Shown here: in pieces, positions 61,222 through 64,000 of the stretch
How positions within the stretch are numbered: the stretch's first letter is position 1
How the letters are laid out: each line of letters starts with the position of its first letter
NCBI RefSeq assembly: GCF_006345805.1
Contig: NC_042997.1
Coordinates: 87,854,001-87,918,000 of the forward strand
Direction of reading: 5' to 3'
Length of the DNA: 64,000 nucleotides
Origin: Octopus sinensis
Lineage: Eukaryota
Notes under the pieces: model-generated
Database searches by the model: none
What the model was told of the DNA's origin: nothing
What the model saw: only the letters and a program-made list of their open reading frames with translations
Position numbers and translations under genes: made by a program

Positions 61222-62034
61222 GGGCCTCTCCTTCAGAGTGAAAGGCAGATTGTATGATGCCTGTGTGCAAACAGCTATGTTACATGGCAGTGAAACATGG
61301 GCTGTGACAGCTGAGGACATGCATTGGCTTGAAAGAAATGAAACCAGTATGCTTCACTAGATGTGCAACGTCTGTGCATGTTTCATAGAGTGTAAGCATC
61401 TTGAGAGAAAAGTTGGGCATAAGAGGTATCAAATGTGGTGTGCATCACATGACCATACGCTAGTATGGTCATGTGATGTGTATGGACAAGGACAGCTGTG
61501 TAAAGAAGTGCTAATCTCTAACTGTGGAGAGGGAACCTGTAGTAGAGGTAAAACCAGAACGACATAGGACAAGGTGGTGAAGCATGATCTTTGAACTTTG
61601 GGCCTCACAGAATCAATGACTAGTGACCAAGACCTTTGGTGATATGTTGTGCTTGAAAAAAACCATCAAGCCAAGTGAAATCATAGTCATGGCCAATGCT
61701 GGTGTCACATAACTGGCACTGATGCTGGTGGCATGTAAAAAGCACCTTTCAAGTGTTTGGCCTCACGGAGGCAAAGTAGCTAATGCTGGTGGCAAGTGAA
61801 AAACACCTCCTGAGTGTTGTGCCTCACAGAGGCAATGACAAATGACCAAAACCTTTGGCATTATGCTATGCTTGAGAAGACCTGCCAAGCTAAGTAAAAT
61901 TGCAGTTGTTGCACATGAAAACACCCATTACACTCTCAGAGTTGTTGGTATTAGGAAGTGCATCCAGCTTGCCAGTCCTGGTCAAACTGTCCAACCAATG
62001 CTGGCATGGAAAATGGACATTTAATGATGATGAT

Positions 62035-62036
<2 letters not shown>
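61222..62036 (+). mobile_element. 5'-truncated RTE LINE: ORF2 C-terminus, 3' UTR and (GAT)n tail
   Basis: GLSFRVKGRLYDACVQTAMLHGSETWA..LERNE.SML; 3' UTR with repeated aaaa.cacc units. Confidence 0.9.
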
Positions 62037-62074
<38 letters not shown>

Positions 62075-62817
62075 CATACATACACTCACAAGCATACAGA
62101 TCTTTAAAAATTATCAACAACACTCAACATCCACTTATTCATGCTTTCATGGATAAGACCGAATTTACTGAGGCAGATTTTTTATGATTGGATGTGCTTG
62201 CTGTTGATAACCTTCACCTGTTTCCAAACAAGGTAATATTTCCACATGGCCAAAGAAAACTGGAACCAAATGACATCACTTGTATGACAAAACTGCTTGT
62301 TCATAACCATCACTTGATGTTAAGACAAGGGTATACTTAAACACATACACACACATGCACACTCACGATGGGCTTCTTTCAGTTTCTGTCTGTCAAATCC
62401 ACTTACAAGGCTTTGGTCACCCTGGGACTATAGTAGAAGACACTTGCCCAAGGTGCCATGTAGTTGGACTGAATCCAAAATCATATGGTCAGGAAGCAAG
62501 CTTCTTAACTACACAGCCTTGATAATATCTGAAAAGACAAAAATCTGTGTGTGCATGGTAAAAAAGATGATTGATAGTTGTTCAAATTTTTTAATAACAA
62601 GTAAAAATCAATCAGAATCAACTTAATCTGTCATTTTGGTCAATAAGTAATGTATTGGTAAAGCTATCAATAACTGACTAGATGAAGTACTGAAATTACT
62701 TAGTAAACGAGATAATAGACATTTACTATGGTAGCTACAGGCAATCTGTCTGAGATTATGAGGAAATAAGTAATGTTATTGATGAAAACTGATTTGATGC
62801 AGCACAATTACTATAGT

Positions 62818-63560
62818 CATCATCATCATTGTTTAACGTCCATTTCCCATGCTGGCATGGGTTGGATGGTTTGACTGGGTACTGGCAAGCCAGGAGGCTG
62901 CACTGGGTTCCAATCTGATCTGGCAATGTTTCTACAGCTGGATGTCCTTCCTAATGCCAACCACTCCGAGAGTGTAGTGGATGCTTTTTACATGCCATTG
63001 GCACAGGAGCCAGTCAGGCAGCACTGCATCAGTCACATTCAGCTGGCATGGGGAACCAATCAAGTGACACTGGCAATAGCCCATGCATGAATGGTGCTTA
63101 TTGAATGCCACCAGTATGAGAGCCAGTCAGATGGCACTGGCATTGGCCACAACTACATTTGCCATTTTTGTTTGTGATTTTATTTTATTTGACTCAATAG
63201 GTCTCCTCAAGCATGGTGTGTCACCCGACGATTCAGAGGTACTTTTTTAAATGGGCTGGTTATGTGACACTGGTATAGGCTACAGCTGTGATCTCACTTT
63301 ATTTGCCAGGTCTTCTCAATCACAGCATATTTCCAGAGATCTCAGTCTCTTATCATTGCCTCTGTGGGGCCCAATGTTTGAAGGTTATGCGTCACTACCT
63401 CATCCCATGTCATCCTGGGTCTCTCTCTTCCACAGGTTCCTTCTACTGTTAGAGAGTGACATTTCTTCACCCAGCTCTCCTCAAGCATACACAGCACATG
63501 ACAATACTAGCGCAGTTGTCTCTCTTGCACACCATATCTGATGCTTCGTATGGCCAACAT
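62818..63560 (-). mobile_element. 5'-truncated RTE LINE 3' end
   Basis: (CAT)n tail, 3' UTR motifs, antisense remnant of ORF2 end. Confidence 0.85.
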
Positions 63561-64000
63561 TTTTTTAAGGAAAATAAAAACATTTTGATATATTTTCTGC
63601 ATTGTAGTGGGTGAATGGTCTGAATATCTTGGCTGGTATAACTGGAGATGTCTGCCAATCACTACAATAGTGAACAATGAGATATGTTATAAGGCACATG
63701 TACTCTTCTTAGAAGCAACAGCCATTTAGGGAACTAGATGCTCTGTAGAACTTTTTATAAACTTACAAACACTTCATTAGTCTTTTGTTGTACTACTGTA
63801 GGGATTCTAAGTGAAGTATCATCATCTTGTCTTATCAAATGATTAGTTTACAGTTTCCATTTAAACCAGCTGTATCTAGCCAAAATATTCTACATGCTTT
63901 ATGTTCAAGCTGTTCAGATGTTGCCTCTCACACCAACCCTACAATATCATTGTAAAAATTAAGTCACCTCATCAAAATCTCAAAACTACATGATTAATTC

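Noticed and set aside
61690-61860. Repeat-spacer-like units (gctggtggca.gt.aaaa.cacc)
   Set aside because: Imperfect internal repeats of the RTE 3' UTR in a eukaryote; not a CRISPR array.

Overview
AT-rich, microsatellite-dense eukaryotic DNA. The SINE repertoire strongly suggests an octopus (cephalopod) genome; this is inference from repeat recognition, not a search. There is no complete protein-coding gene, and almost all ORF-track entries are microsatellite or antisense artefacts. Recognisable coding remnants are all transposon-derived: R4/Dong LINE (6.3-7.5 kb and 48.9-49.8 kb), hAT transposase (11.6-12.9 kb), two internally deleted mariner copies (16.6-17.4 kb and 42.4-43.3 kb), a 5'-truncated Gypsy pol with its 3' LTR (19.1-21.5 kb), RTE LINE pieces, a Helitron PIF1 helicase joined to a CR1 3' end (37.8-39.4 kb), and a CRE-like endonuclease fragment (54.6-54.9 kb). 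A CpG-retaining domain (~9.5-25.2 kb) contains a candidate bidirectional promoter (22.85/24.02 kb), a probable first coding exon on the + strand (24983-25082) and an RFX X-box (18971). The most notable signal is a cluster of Penelope/retrozyme-like modules inserted in (TA)n at 15.4-16.6 kb. They carry hammerhead-ribozyme folds with non-canonical cores, one of them inside a 147-bp-arm palindrome; decayed relatives occur at 27.6, 32.4 and 56.6-56.9 kb. Boundaries of degenerate repeats are approximate.
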